Made by a program: the position numbers and the translations under genes. Below, in pieces: positions 1 to 12,392 of a stretch of DNA of 64,000 nucleotides (positions are counted from its first letter, which is position 1; each line of letters opens with the position of its first letter). The notes under the pieces were generated by a model. The model was not told the DNA's origin, did no database searches, and worked only from the letters and a program-made list of their open reading frames with translations. Source of the stretch: Squalus acanthias (taxonomy: Eukaryota); the NCBI GenBank assembly GCA_030390025.1, contig CM059431.1, forward strand, positions 99,326,001 to 99,390,000, in the 5' to 3' direction.

Positions 1-708
1 GATTCTGATAGACTTTCCATGAGGTAATGGAGATAAAAACAATGGAATCATTAAAAAATGTGACTGTTGTGATGGAGGATGGTAAATGTACCTCTTATTT
101 ATCGCTACTTTATGAAATTTGTAACTGGGTTACACACCACCTGAACAAAGCAGATTCTCCCCCCACCAAACCAGTAGCTCTACTGCATGGCTAGAGCTGG
201 GATCCAATTGACTGCGCCGGTGATAACACACCCGCGCTGTACATGATCAAACGGCGCACAGTCACATCTCACCACTTGAAGTCATGCCAAATAGCGGTCC
301 TCGTGCACTTTTAACACGCATTTAGTGCACGCTCGGGATTATCTCGGCATAAATTACACATGTATAGATCGGGTCGAGTATTTACGTTTTTGGTAGGGTT
401 ACTGAACCATATAACCTATTTCAGAAAGGATAATAGGCGAAGATTGAAGAGGGACATCGGTTCCTCTAGCTTAGCTTCTGCATACCAAACATATGCATTC
501 ACATATCTCTGAAGCTCACTCTTGATATTTTATACAGCACTTAGTGAGTAATTCAACAGTTTTATGTTGGGTAAAGGAACGGAGAGTTCATTAAAACAGG
601 AGGCAAGAGTCTTCCATCAGATGACGGGTCCCAATTCCAACATCAGACCGAATTGATCATAGATTAAAATTATTAACACGTGGCTCGGGATGGGGCTATT
701 TCAAATAT

Positions 709-1175
709 TCATAGATTCATCGAAATTTACAGCACAGAAGGAGGCCATTCGGCCCATTGTGTCCCTGCCGGCCGACAAAGAGCTCTCCAGCCTAATCCCA
801 CTTTCCAGCTCTTGGTCTGTAGCCCTGTAGGTTACGGCACTTCAAGTGCATATCCAAGTACTTTTTAAATGTGATGAGGGTCTCTGCCTCTACCACCCTT
901 TCAGGCAGTGAGTTCCAGACCCCCACCACCCTCTGGGTGAAAAGAATTCTCCTCAACTCCCCTCTAAACCTCCGACCAATTACTTTAAATCTATGCCCCC
1001 TGGTTATTGCCCTTCTGCTAAGGGAAATAGGTCCTTCCTAGCCACTCTATCTAGGCCCCTCATAATTTTATACACCTCAATCAAGTCTCCCCTCAGCCTC
1101 CTCTGTTCCAAAGAAAACAACCCCAGCCAATCCAATCTTTCCTCATAGCTAAAGTTCCCCAGCCCAGGCAACATA
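709..1175 (-). mobile_element. CR1/HER1-like LINE, 5'-truncated 3' end
   Basis: Reverse complement of the CR1 ORF2 C-terminus plus 3' tail (ggccgaatggcctccttctgtgctgt). The same tail recurs many times in the window. Confidence 0.85.
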
Positions 1176-1394
1176 TTATCATTTCTGCTACTGTTTTTTT
1201 TTCCAAAGAATGTCTCTTGTTTGTTGTCTTCAGTTTTTTTTAAAGATTTTATAATCTCTTCAATCTTTGGATAACTTTATGGGGAATAGGCAGGTGGGCA
1301 GCCAATCGGAAGCTTGGCGTTTACTCCACTGTCTGGAATGTGATTCAAGGATTGAGGCTTAACTCCATGGAATGAGGGTCACCTGCACAAAAAA

Positions 1395-1807
1395 ATTACA
1401 TTTCTACAGCGCCTTTCACGACCACCGGACGTCCCAAAGCACTTTACAGCCAATGAAGTACTTTTTGAAGTGTAGTCACTGTTGTAATGTGGGAAACACG
1501 GCAGCCAATTTGTGCACAGCAAGCTCCCACAAACAGCAATGTGATAATGACCAGATAATCTGTTTTGGCTGAGGGATAAATATTGGCCCAGGACACACTT
1601 CTTCGAAATAGTGCCATGGGATCTTTTGTCTACCTGAGAGGGCATAACGGTTTAACGTCTCATCCGAAAGACGGCACCTCCGACAGTGCAGCACTCCCTC
1701 AGCACTACACTGGGACTGTCAGCCTCGACTTTTGTGCTCAAGTCTCTTGAACCCAGGACCTTCTGACTCAGAGGCGAGGGTGCTGCCCACTGAGACACGG
1801 ATGACAC
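1395..1807 (-). mobile_element. tRNA-derived Deu-domain SINE (SacSINE1-like)
   Basis: Matches the other SINE copies: decayed tRNA-like head, core cagtgcagtactgagggagtgctgcactgtcggaggtgccgtcttt, L2-like tail. Confidence 0.85.
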
Positions 1808-2099
1808 AGGTACCCCCAACACAGGTCACCATGCCAGGCATCATGTGTGTGTGTGACCTACCTTCTATGTCTATTTACAGATATCTGATTCTTTGTGCAG
1901 GGATGGGCATGAGTTGATGTGGGGGCAATTTACATAGTACACGCCGTATTGTGCGGGATATATGTGGAGTTTATCTCAATCCAAATCGGAGGAAAGTAAG
2001 GTGTTTATTTTGAAAAAGAACGCGCCTTGCTGGAATGATTAACGTCGGATGCAAATGAATGGATGCACAGTTTGCAAAGCAGATATAAGCAGCCAGACG

Positions 2100-2540
2100 C
2101 CAGTGTTATTCCAGCAGTGCAAACACACTGAAACCCTCTCCCCCAGCGATCTCAACTCGGGTTTAGTCCGACTCGGCGGCGATCCAAGCCTCCTCACCTC
2201 TATTGTTCGCTAACCTCTCACACCGGGTGTACATCCTGTGGATGCAGATTGGTGTCGATCCTCATGAGGTTTGTGTGGGGGTGTGGATGGGTGAGAGCGG
2301 TCCAATGATTGGTAGGGACTGGCCAGGCTTTGCCAGGTCTGCTCAAGCTGCTCCGTCCTGGGCTGTGTGGCCTGATTGAGAATTGCAGATTCACTGTTTA
2401 TCGGGAAATACCGCTGTTAAACCTGTCATTGCTCCAAAAAACAGGAGACAGGATCGCCGCCGCTTCCACAGACTCCGCCGACCGGGACCACCTTCTGGAC
2501 TGGGCGGAGGTAGGGGGTGGGGGCGGGCGGGGGAACAAGA
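2100..2540. promoter_or_regulatory. CpG-enriched candidate promoter, possibly bidirectional
   Basis: CpG-rich and TE-free. Palindromic double CCAAT box CCAATGATTGG at 2302-2312. GC boxes near 2502-2530. Donor-like sites on both strands: - strand GAG|GTGAGG at 2198/2197, + strand GAG|GTAGGG at 2509/2510. Confidence 0.5.
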
Positions 2541-4335
2541 GAGACATTTGGAAGATGAAATCTCGCTGTGTCTCCCTACCTCCAGGTCCAACAGATGTTC
2601 TGCAGATCCGCCCATTCTCCTGGTGATTCTGGACTACCAACTACCAGGCAATGCTTCTTCCAATGGGGATGATTTGCCTTTTGTTCCCAAATTCGTTTTT
2701 TTTTGGGGTGTCCTTTTGAACAGACTTTGTCTCCCAAGACACCTTGCGCTAGAGCAGGAAAACCAGCCGGTGTGTTTGGAGGCTCAGTGTTTCTGTGGCC
2801 ACCCTCAATTGCCTGGATTGAGAAGTCTGAGATACAATCACGTGAGGCACAGAGTGTGGGAGATCGGAATATCATTTTCTATGCGAAATTTCGTGCCAGT
2901 GACCAGGCGAACTGATCTGAGTGTATTATATAACCGGAAGAATCTGCTTCTCAGGGAGTCTAAGCTGCTGGATTGTTCTCCGCCCAAATCAATGTGGTTT
3001 CTTTGGGATATTTTCAGCAAAGGAACGCATATGCTGCAGTGTCTTTGTGGAAAGAGTCTTAAGAGAAGCAAGAGTCCAATTGGTAAGCATCTGCTCGTTC
3101 AGATGAGCAATCGTTGCCCTTTTCTATCTCTCCAGACTCCCTCAGACGTATATCGGGGTTGTGGAGTCAGTTGTTTTTTTAAATGTAGCTCTTTTGTTTC
3201 TGATGTGCCGGTTATCTCTAATAGAGGAGCCTGCAAAGGCAAAGCTGGTGTCTGACGTTGGCACTGCGGTGTAGTAGATCATTAGCGTTTCTTTGGCATT
3301 CTGACACCCCAGAATCAACCAGGAGCAGCTTGATTGCTGTCACCTCATTGGAGAGTTGTTGGTTTTTTTTTGGGGGGGGGGGGCGGGGGTGGATGATGGG
3401 GGTCTGAAGTAGCAGGAAGTCCCTTGTTTTTAACAAAGGGCTGTGTAATATAATGTACCAGTCGAAAGTCCTTTGCGTTCCTCGCGGATGCAGTAGCGCA
3501 TCAAAGTTACGTGATGTTCCAATTAACAGAAGGGATCTTGCCTGGAGTGGCGGTGCCTGGCCATGGGCAATCGCCCACCGTCATTCTCACAGCGTTGTCC
3601 ATCTCTGGTCGCTTTATTGAGAATGTGTGAAGTGCTGTTCGCCGGCTAGTTGGAGAGGCCCCGGTGTTACTCGGACACTCTCGACATTGCAGATTTTTTT
3701 CGGTGTGTGTGGGATGGAAGAGAGCCTTCCGGTCCAATCACAATAAAGTTTTGTAACTCTTTGAAAGATGGTGCCAGATTGTTTATTTTTGGCGGGGGAG
3801 GGGGGCATCCTGTTAATAACTCTGATTAATGACGCCAGGTTGCAGGATATGCAGCTTTTTATTCATTTGAACCCTGGAGTTCAGAGACTTGGCATTTATA
3901 AAGTTATCCCTGAATACGTGGGCAAACTGGTTGTTGCTTTCGCCCAGAGACAGATACTTAAAAAAAAATAAAGTGCGACTTCATATGAACGAGTATTTTT
4001 GGCCATTATTGGGTTAATCCCACTGTGTTCCAGTGTGAAGTCTGTGTGAAGTCTGTTGCTGAGCTGATTGTGGAACAGAGTTGGCGACAGGAGGAACGAT
4101 CCCTTTCAACATTCCACTGGCCAACCTGGTATAGCCTTGGCTGAAAGTTTTGGGTCCAGTAATTTATTTCTTGAAAGCACCTGAACAGCCCAGGCACGAT
4201 GATTCACGCACAAAAAAATACCAGTTCTAACAGTGTCTGTACTTTCTTTAATCGGGTCCTTGTTTAAATATATAACACTTTATCGGAAGCCCAGGAGAAG
4301 TTATCCGGGAATTTTGTGCAAGTGTAATCTGTGAA

Positions 4336-4399
4336 AGAGATAGATAGAGAGAGAGATAGATAGATAGTGAGAGAGACAGAGAGAGATAGATAGATGGAG

Positions 4400-4430
<31 letters not shown>
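4336..4430. repeat. Compound (GA)n/(GATA)n/(TA)n microsatellite
   Basis: Directly visible simple repeat. Confidence 0.95.
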
Positions 4431-5602
4431 AATAGCTCCCCTCATCTCTAGCTGGTTGCCTCTGCATTTTGGGAAAGCCACGAATGTAGGTGATGCTACA
4501 TTGCTTGGATCAGTCTTTGCACTGAGAATTCTCGAGGTTGACATGCTGCCCATGCAACTATCGGTGCTCTGCTTATTATTGTCCCTTTGTTGTGGAGCGA
4601 CAGGGTTCCAACCCTTGCTTTTCATTTGAAGTAATTGTCCGCAGGGTGTGTGTGCGTGTTGCCCACCTTGTATCCCTTTGAATATTCTCGCCAAGGAGGC
4701 CACTGGAAAGTGACCGTTGCCCCCAAACACCATTCATCATTAAAACTTCACCAGCGAGTGTGACTGACAGGCGAAGGCGGGCGGACGGGGGGGATGTTGA
4801 AGAAATCCGGGCTTTCTGCGGCACACCAGTATTCCTCTGTAATCGAATTAGTTCAATTTTATTCAGCCGAACAATCCGGTGGAGCAGAATCAGAAAGAAA
4901 GCGTCTCTGACGCCCCACTTTTTAACTATCAGTGATTTCTCAGATTGGGGAGAGCAAAGACACGAGAATATTTAATGTAATCTTTGGATTTAGGAGGCCC
5001 AGCAATAGCAAATGTTGACGTGACTACCTCGGAGCTTATTATAGATGTTTTAGACATGAATTTACATTCTTACCCTTATCCCAATTCAGGCCGGGTCTGC
5101 ATTACGTGTTTGATGACACATTATTCCTTTTATTTCGCCCCTCCCAAAAAAAAATATTTTTTATTTATCACAAATGCATCTTTCAGGTGTTACCGAAAAT
5201 AGAAAGGTGTAGACCTTTTGTTTGCAATCAATCTCTCTGCAGGGGCTGTGTCTGTTGCCCCGAGAACCATGCTCGCTGCATTTGCTTGGAAATAACAGCT
5301 TTGAAGTTTTACATATTGGGCTAAATTATCCGGTTTCCTTTAACACATTCCTAACAAAGAGAAATGAAACGACTCCATCAATCGGCCAAGGCGCCCGCGC
5401 TCCTTCCCGGCGAATGCAGCAGATTTCACCCTCTCTTCATTACCGCATCGCATTGATTTACCTCGCTCCCTGCAAGCGGCTCCCTGTCCACCCAGGAATG
5501 CCGCCGTCCGCCCAGCATCCCAGCCCTGTGCGCACACCCAGACTTCAGGCAGCATTTTCACACGCAGTCGGACGAGTAATCGTGTAAACGTGTTACTGTG
5601 TC

Positions 5603-5612
5603 CCATATATGG
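5603..5612. promoter_or_regulatory. Consensus CArG box (SRF site)
   Basis: CCATATATGG fits CC(A/T)6GG and lies next to a CpG-rich TE-free block (5350-5600). Function untested. Confidence 0.3.
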
Positions 5613-6674
5613 AACCCGCATAGAACACGTATTGTAAGAGCGAGACATGTGTTTGTATGGACATGCATGCGGCCCCCCTACATATGTATGTACCACGAAT
5701 TTTTGATCTGCGACCAAATCTAATTGTGTCTGTATCATTTTCTGTGAAAGCTGTACAATAGGCACGCACATGGCGGAGATTCCTGTGCTAGATGCTGCAT
5801 ACATTACATTGGACTTGTTTTTATAAGTTGTGCAGTATGTTCTGTACATGAATGTAAGAATGTCTGTCTATTTATGAGCTGTGCACTCAGACACAGACAC
5901 CAGCCCCGTGTATTTGCCGTGGACCCCGGCTGTGTTCTCCCAGTCTAATGCAGCATAGTAAACACAGTTAGTGCCGCATGCTGTCCTGTTTTCATCTGCC
6001 GGCGTGTTGGTGCCACACACCGTGCCTGCCTTACTCCCGCACTTGCTGCCGAGTTTCCAGCTTGCACGGCCTGCGTCAAAAGCTTCAGATTTTGTCAAAC
6101 ACCAGGCTGTGACAGCGGAGCCGGGTAGAGCGGGGGGTGGAGTGGGTGATTGCTAATATAACCCACAAAAGGCTGGCATCGTGCTCCAAGCCAAATCTAA
6201 ATGATAAAGGAGGTAAGGAATGGAACAACGCGTTTACGCACAGAGCAGTCCCCCCCGCCACTCACTCATTGACTGTTGGTGTTTTATGCAATTTCAGACC
6301 AAACAACCGCCTTCGCTCTTCATTATCCACACATTAATGTATAATCCCGAGGGGGGCTGTCGCTCTACTTTCCCCGGTACACAGCTACTGAAGGCACGAA
6401 CGAGCATAGTGCTCCTCATTGAGTGTTAGTGTCGAGTGGAGCACTCATCCTTGACCCCCCGCCCCCCAGGATCACACTTCACCCCCTGGGTGGGGAAGTG
6501 AAGACACCCCCCCGGGGCTGGCCAGTGTTGAGCAAGGCTTGGGGGCTTTGCTTTCATCCAAAGCAAACCGGGACCAGATCATGCAAACTTTATTCACTGG
6601 AGGTGACACCTTACTATTTATTTTACTTAATTATTGTTCAAAACGAGAGACGCAATTGATCATCACATGAATTG

Positions 6675-7004
6675 TTTTGATGGAGTAAATAAGGAGAAAC
6701 TGTTTCCAGTGGCAGGAGGGTCGGTAACCAGAGGACACTGATTGAAGATAATTGGCAAAAGAACCAGAGGGGAGATGAGGAGAAGTTTTTTACGCAGCCA
6801 GTTGTTGTGATCTGGAATGCGCTGCCTGAAAGGGCGGTGGAAGCAGATTCAATAATAACTTTCAAAAGGGAATTGGATAAATACTTGAAAAGAAAAATAA
6901 TCATAGGGCTCTGGGGAAAGTGTAGGGCAGTGGGACTAATTGACAGAGCCGGCACAGGCACGATGGGCTGAATGGCCTCCTTCTGTGCTGTGTGATTCTG
7001 TGAT
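6675..7004 (+). mobile_element. CR1-like LINE 3' fragment
   Basis: Encodes decayed FFTQ.VVVIWNALPERAVEADS..FKRELDKYL, followed by the 3' tail. Confidence 0.85.
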
Positions 7005-7838
7005 CACATCAGTTTAGGCATTTCTGAATGAATGCAGCATTACATAAAACAGGCGCGACACATTTAACCAGACCCACTTGTTCCCAACACAGGAAAAACG
7101 TGAAAACTTCGCTTTTCAAACGGTCAGTTATTTACCATCCCCTCTTGTATTTCGGGCTATATTCTGCTTTGCGCAGTAAAATGATTAAATAATTTATGGG
7201 TCATTTTTTTCATAAATTCTAAACTGTAGAATAATGGGAACGATTCACAGTTGGACTCTCAAATCCATTCCAGGAATGATCATGGGAATATAATTATTCA
7301 ACGAATCAAACTCTCTTCCCAATTCCAACGAAGGAAATGGGAATTAATCTAAATTTAAAGACTTCCAAAATCTCAATCCTGGAGAATCCCAAGGCGATGT
7401 TTCCTCCCAAAAAAGATCTACATCATCTTGTGTCCAAATGTCACTTTTTAAGATGCAGATTATTTTTAGAAATGATTGGACCTTTTCTCCCTAAAGTAGT
7501 GAAAGTGAGGCTTATTTTTAAGATTATTTATAAGTATTAAGATGGGCATAAAATTAAATAAAAAACACAACCCCGGACATTCCCGACATTCAGTAGTCAC
7601 ATCGACAACTACTAAAAACAAATTTAACCTTGAAAACTGACCGATTTAACTTGGTGGGGAGGCGATTGATTGTCATGAGCAAACTGGCCCAACAATGCAG
7701 CAGAGCTGGAGCTGGAGCTGTTCCCCGCTCACCAGGAAAGAATCGATCCCAGCTCACATTCATTCTTTTCTCTATCGTGTCATTCATTCGAACATTAGTT
7801 GGAGCGCGGAGGGTAGCTCACTCTTCCCATTCTGTCAG

Positions 7839-7907
7839 GTGAAGCGCATTGCTGACCGTCACTGCCAATCCCCAAACACACAAGACCCAACGAGTCATGG
7901 GGATGGC
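7839..7907 (+). other. Candidate 69-nt exon of the unidentified host gene
   Basis: Acceptor ctcttcccattctgtcag| and donor GGC|GTGAGT. Open in phase 0 (VKRIADRHCQSPNTQDPTSHGDG). Also contains ATGs in good Kozak context at 7897 and 7903. Confidence 0.4.
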
Positions 7908-8931
7908 GTGAGTGTTTCCACCCATTGACTGACCACTTCCTGTGACATGGCCAGAGGCTCCAGGTTCTACTGAAAGATCTCGTTAAAAAGTAAAAAAAAG
8001 TAATCTTTAGAATCCGTCCTCGATAGAACTTCTTCTGACTCAAGTCCATCTCTTGTAGAATTATTATTCTGCTGGCATGATTGGAGAGATTTTGCAGGGT
8101 TTGAGCTCAGGATCACCTGGATGCAGCGAATATGGGGAACTTTTAAGTGGATGGAAAATCGATTGTAATCCTTTCCAGCCAGATGTTCCATTTTCCGTTA
8201 ATGGCTGCGCTCGCGCGATCCAGTGCACGCCAGCGCATACCCAGGAAACTCTTCCCTAATGTGTCCATATGGTAAGAATTTCCCATTTTCCTATTATTCT
8301 ATGTTTGGGTATGAATAAAACTCTATTGGTTCATTACCTCTGGAGTCCCCCAAGGATCTATCCTTGGCCCCTCCTATTTCTCATCTTCCTGTTGCCCCTC
8401 GACGACACCATCCAAAAACACAGTGTCGGGTTCCACGTGTACGCTGATGACACCCAGCTCTACCTCACCATCACCTGTCTCGACCCCTCCACTGTCTCTG
8501 ATTTGTCGCACTGCTTGTCTGACATCCAGTACGGGATGAGCAGAAATTTCCTCCAACTACATATTGGGAAAATCAAAGGTATTGTCTTCGATCCCTGGCA
8601 GAAAATCCGTTCCCTAGCCACCGACTCCATCCCTCTCCCTGGCATTTGTCTGAACCTGAACCAGACCGTTTGCAACCTTGGTGACGTATTTGACCCTGAG
8701 AACAGCTTCCGACTCGATCACCAAGACTGCCTACTTCCACCTCCCTAACATTTCCCCCGGCCTCAGCTCATCTGCCACTGAAACCCTCATCCGTGCCTTT
8801 GTTACCTCCAGACTCGACTATTCCAACGCTCTCCTGGCCGGCCACCCACCTTCCACCCTCCATAAACTTGAGCTCATCCACAACTCTGCTGCCTGTATCC
8901 TAACTCGCACCAAGTCCTGGTCACGCATCAC

Positions 8932-9098
8932 CACTGTTCTCTGTAAGCTGCATTTGGTTCTGCACGACCTGTTTCTTTTAGTGCATGGTCCCTTTAAATT
9001 TCCGTGCATGCGAGGAATGTACAATGGAGAAGCCAGTGAGCGGCCTGCGCCGGACCTTTCCCATTACCACGCGGCCACGCAGCTTCGAGGGAATATTG
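8932..9098. mobile_element. hAT-type MITE (family 1)
   Basis: Termini CACTGTTC...GAATATTG. 8-bp TSD CGCATCAC/CCCATCAC, which interrupts contiguous L2 sequence. Confidence 0.8.
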
Positions 9099-9166
9099 CC
9101 CATCACCCCTGTGCTCGCTGATCTACATTGGCTGCCGATCCGGCAATACCTCGATTTTTCAATTTT

Positions 9167-10213
9167 CTGTAACCTCCTCCAGCCCTACAACCCTCCAAGA
9201 TCCCTGTAACCTCCTCCAGCCCTACAACCCTCCGAGATCTCTGTAACCTCCTCCAGCCCTACAACCCTCCGAGATCTCTAACTTCCTCCAGCCCTACAAC
9301 CCTCCGAGATCTCTGTAACCTCCTCCAAGTCCACAACCCTCCGAGATCTCTAACCTCCTCCAGCCCTACAACCCTCCAAGATCCCTGTAACCTCCTCTAG
9401 CCCTACAACCCTCCCAGATCCCTGTAACCTCCTCCAGTCCTACAACCCTCCGAGATCTCTGTAACCTCCTCCAGCCCTACAACCCTCCGAGATCCCTGTA
9501 ACCTCCTCTAGCCCTACAACCCTCCAAGATCCCTGTAACTTCCTCCAGCCCTACAACCCTCCGAGATCTCTGTAACCTCCTCCAGCCCTACAACCCTCCG
9601 AGATCCCTGTAACCTCCTCCAGCCCTACAACCCTCCGAGATCTCTGTAACCTCCTCCAGCCCTACAACCCTCCGAGATCCCTGCAACCTCCTCCAGCCCC
9701 ACAACCCTCCGAGATCCCTGTAACCTCCTCCAGCCCTACAACCCTCCGAGATCTCTGTAACCTCCTCCAGCCCTACAACCCTCCGAGATCCCTGTAACCT
9801 CCTCCAGCCCTACAACCCTCCGAGATCTCTGTAACCTCCTCCAGCCCTACAACCCTCCGAGATCCCTGTAACCTCCTCCAGCCCTACAACCCTCCGAGAT
9901 CCCTGTAACCTCCTCCAGCCCTACAACCCTCCGAGATCTCTGTAACCTCCTCCAGCCCTACAACCCTCCGAGATCTCTGTAACCTCCTCCAGCCCCACAA
10001 CTCTCCGAGATCCCTGTAACCTCCTCCAGCCCCACAACTCTCCGAGATCCCTGTAACCTCCTCCAGCCCTACAACCCTCCGAGATCTCTGCAACCTCCTC
10101 CAGCCTTACAACTCTCCGAGATCCCTGCAACCTCCTCCAGCCCAACAGCCCTCCGAGATCCCTGCAACCTCCTCCAGCCCCACAACCCTCCAGGATCTCT
10201 GTAACCTCCTCCA
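9167..10213 (+). repeat. 37-bp minisatellite (~28 copies) derived from L2 sequence
   Basis: Unit ctgtaacctcctccagccctacaaccctccgagatc(t/c). Present as a single copy in the other L2 elements (~28250-28305, ~54640-54695). Confidence 0.95.
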
Positions 10214-10496
10214 ATTCTGGCCTCTTGTGCATCCCCGATTTTCATCGCTCCACCATTGGCGGCCGTGCCTTCAGCTGCCTCGGCCTCAAGCTGTGGAATT
10301 CCCTCCCTAAACCTCTCCGCCTCTCTACCTCTCTTTCCTCCTTTAAGATGCTCCTTAAAATCTACCTCTGTGACCAAGCTTATGGTCACCTGCCCTAATA
10401 TTTCCTTATGTGGCTCGGTGTCGAATTTTATTTGATAACAATTCTGTGAAGCACCTTGGGATGTTTTACTATGTTAAAGGTGCTATATAAATGCAG

Positions 10497-10810
10497 GTTT
10501 TCAGTGGCAAGAGGGTCGGTAACCAGAGGATGCAGATATAAGGTAATTGGCAAAATCATCAGAGGTGAGATGAGGAGAAATGGTTTTACGCAGCGAGTTG
10601 TTATGATCTGGAACGCGCTGCCTGAAAGGGCGGTGGAAGCAGATTCAATAGCAACTTTCAAAATGGAATTGGATAAAAACTTGAAGGTAAAAATTTGCAG
10701 GGCTGTGGGGAAAGAGCAGGGGGAAGTGGGACTAATTGGAGAGCTCTTTCAAAGAGCCGGCACAGGCACGATGGGCCGAATGGCGGCCTTCTGTGCTGTA
10801 GGATTCTATT
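10497..10810 (+). mobile_element. CR1-like LINE 3' fragment
   Basis: FTQRVVMIWNALPERAVEADSIATFKMELDK plus 3' tail. Confidence 0.85.
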
Positions 10811-11100
10811 TTAGAAGTAATTGTTATTGGTGTGGTAGGTTGGATTTGCAGATTGCTTGCAGTGCTAGCTGGCACTATGAAGATGTGGACTTGATTGTAT
10901 TTTGCAGGTGCTCAGTGTTTGTAGATTGTGCTACGATGTAAATGTGTTGTGTTAGTGGTGAGGATTCGCGCTGGTGGTCACCATCTCGGTCACCATCTCG
11001 GTTTTATAGTATCAGTGCTGAAACAAGTTTGTATTTGGGTGCAAGGTGGCCCCTATTTGTTACAGCTAGCAGGTGGCAAGGGAGAGAGACAATGGGGAGG

Positions 11101-11281
11101 AGGGTGGCATTGACCTTGGGCGGGAGCGCAAAATGGTCAATAATGAATCGGCCACCCACTTTACACCTTGATTTTTCTTTTTTATTGACTTCAAGGGGAA
11201 GTAGATCGGGCGGGGTGCAAAACGAGTTGCCGATTCACTATCACACATTTTGCACTACTGCCTGAGGCCAATTTCACCACC
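11101..11281. mobile_element. Decayed palindromic MITE
   Basis: Long imperfect inverted repeat: left arm ...gcaaaatggtcaataatgaatcggc..., right arm ...gccgattcactatcacacattttgc... Confidence 0.55.
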
Positions 11282-11587
11282 AACCGGTCCAGATTTCTAC
11301 AACTTAATTACGATTGCCTCTTATTTGTAGAAAATGACCCGGATTGCCGTTAAGGGACATGTGTGCCATCTACATTGAGAGTGCTTGCCCTGTAGAATTT
11401 CCTTCAAATTTTTATCACCAATTCCTGCCATTAAGCCGACAGAAGGCTTGTATGTACATCTTGCCCAATGCTGTCATCACCCCTTCTCCCCCTTCATCAG
11501 GGACCAGTGCAACCTCACTGACTCAGTCTGGTGCTTTCTGGCCCTGATTGTCTCGCTAACCAAAGTCGGAAAGATGAGCCTGCCTCT

Positions 11588-12030
11588 TATAGGAACAGGA
11601 GGCCATTCAGCCCCTCGAGCCTGTTCCGCCATTCAATGAGATCACGGCTGATCTGTATCTTAACTCCATTTACCCGTCTTGGCTCCGTCGCCCTTAATAC
11701 CCTTACCCAACAAAAATCTATCAATCTCAGTTTTGAAATTTTCAATTGACTCCCAGCCTCAACAGCCTTTTTGGGGGAGAGTGTTCCAGATTTTCACCGC
11801 CCTTTGTGTGAAGAAGTGCTTCCTGACATCACCCCTGAACGGCCTGGCTCTAATTTTAAGGTGATGCCCCCTTGTTCTGGACTCCCCCCACCAGAGGAAA
11901 TAGTTTGTCTCAATCTACCCTGTCAACCCCTTTAATCATCTTAAACACTTCAATTAGATCACCACTTAATCTTGAGGGAATACAAGCCTAGTCTATGCTC
12001 ATAATTTAACCCTTTTAGCTTCGGTATCAT
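11588..12030 (-). mobile_element. CR1-like LINE 3' fragment
   Basis: Tail ggaacaggaggccattcagccc and reverse-complemented ORF2 C-terminus. Confidence 0.8.
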
Positions 12031-12229
12031 ATCTATACCAAGGTGCCATGCATTGGTGCTCAAATGTGCATTGCCACTGCATCACCTCTTAATGTTAAAA
12101 AAGTCTGAAAGAATTTGGAACTGCAGTATGCAAGGCAAGCAGCCCATTAGTACAGTGGCAAGTCTTTGTTTCATATTGTGAGGGTGAAAGCGCACCTCTT
12201 TCCCACCCTGCACCCCAAGAATGCTTGAA

Positions 12230-12392
12230 GGACGTCCAATCCCATATTGGGTCGGCTGGATTTACAGGTGTCTCTCGGGCACGTCACGTCTATAAATGAG
12301 GGGCCCAACGCCTGTTTGAGGACCCCTCTGCTAAATTAGCTGGAGCAGGAGCTGCTTCGCTCAGGAATCTCCGGGGGTCGCTGTGGGTAAGC
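12230..12392 (+). promoter_or_regulatory. Candidate TATA promoter with a short first exon
   Basis: CCAAT at 12236, ATTGG at 12246, CRE-like CACGTCACGTC at 12280-12290, TATAAAT at 12291-12297, donor TGG|GTAAGC at 12386/12387. Confidence 0.35.

Larger units (their letters stand above)
8335..10495 (+). mobile_element. L2-clade LINE, truncated and decayed, interrupted by a hAT MITE and a minisatellite
   Basis: RT motif YADDTQLY and C-terminal AFVTSRLDYSNALL...LHWLP motifs, with frameshifts. L2 tail ending aaggtgctatataaatgc. Confidence 0.9.

Noticed and set aside
1..100. Short open frame on the - strand at the window start
   Set aside because: No convincing acceptor, no recognisable peptide, and cut off by the window edge.
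2383..3255. 290-aa ORF, the longest in the track
   Set aside because: Non-ATG start, no recognisable domain, and it runs through a likely splice donor and intron-like T-rich sequence.
7897..7907. MGMA start resembling the JAK2 N-terminus
   Set aside because: Only four residues match, and no downstream JAK2-like exon is visible.
9167..10213. Tandem arrays as CRISPR-like arrays (also 15979, 27232, 56794)
   Set aside because: Head-to-tail repeats with no unique spacers, no cas genes, and a eukaryotic context.
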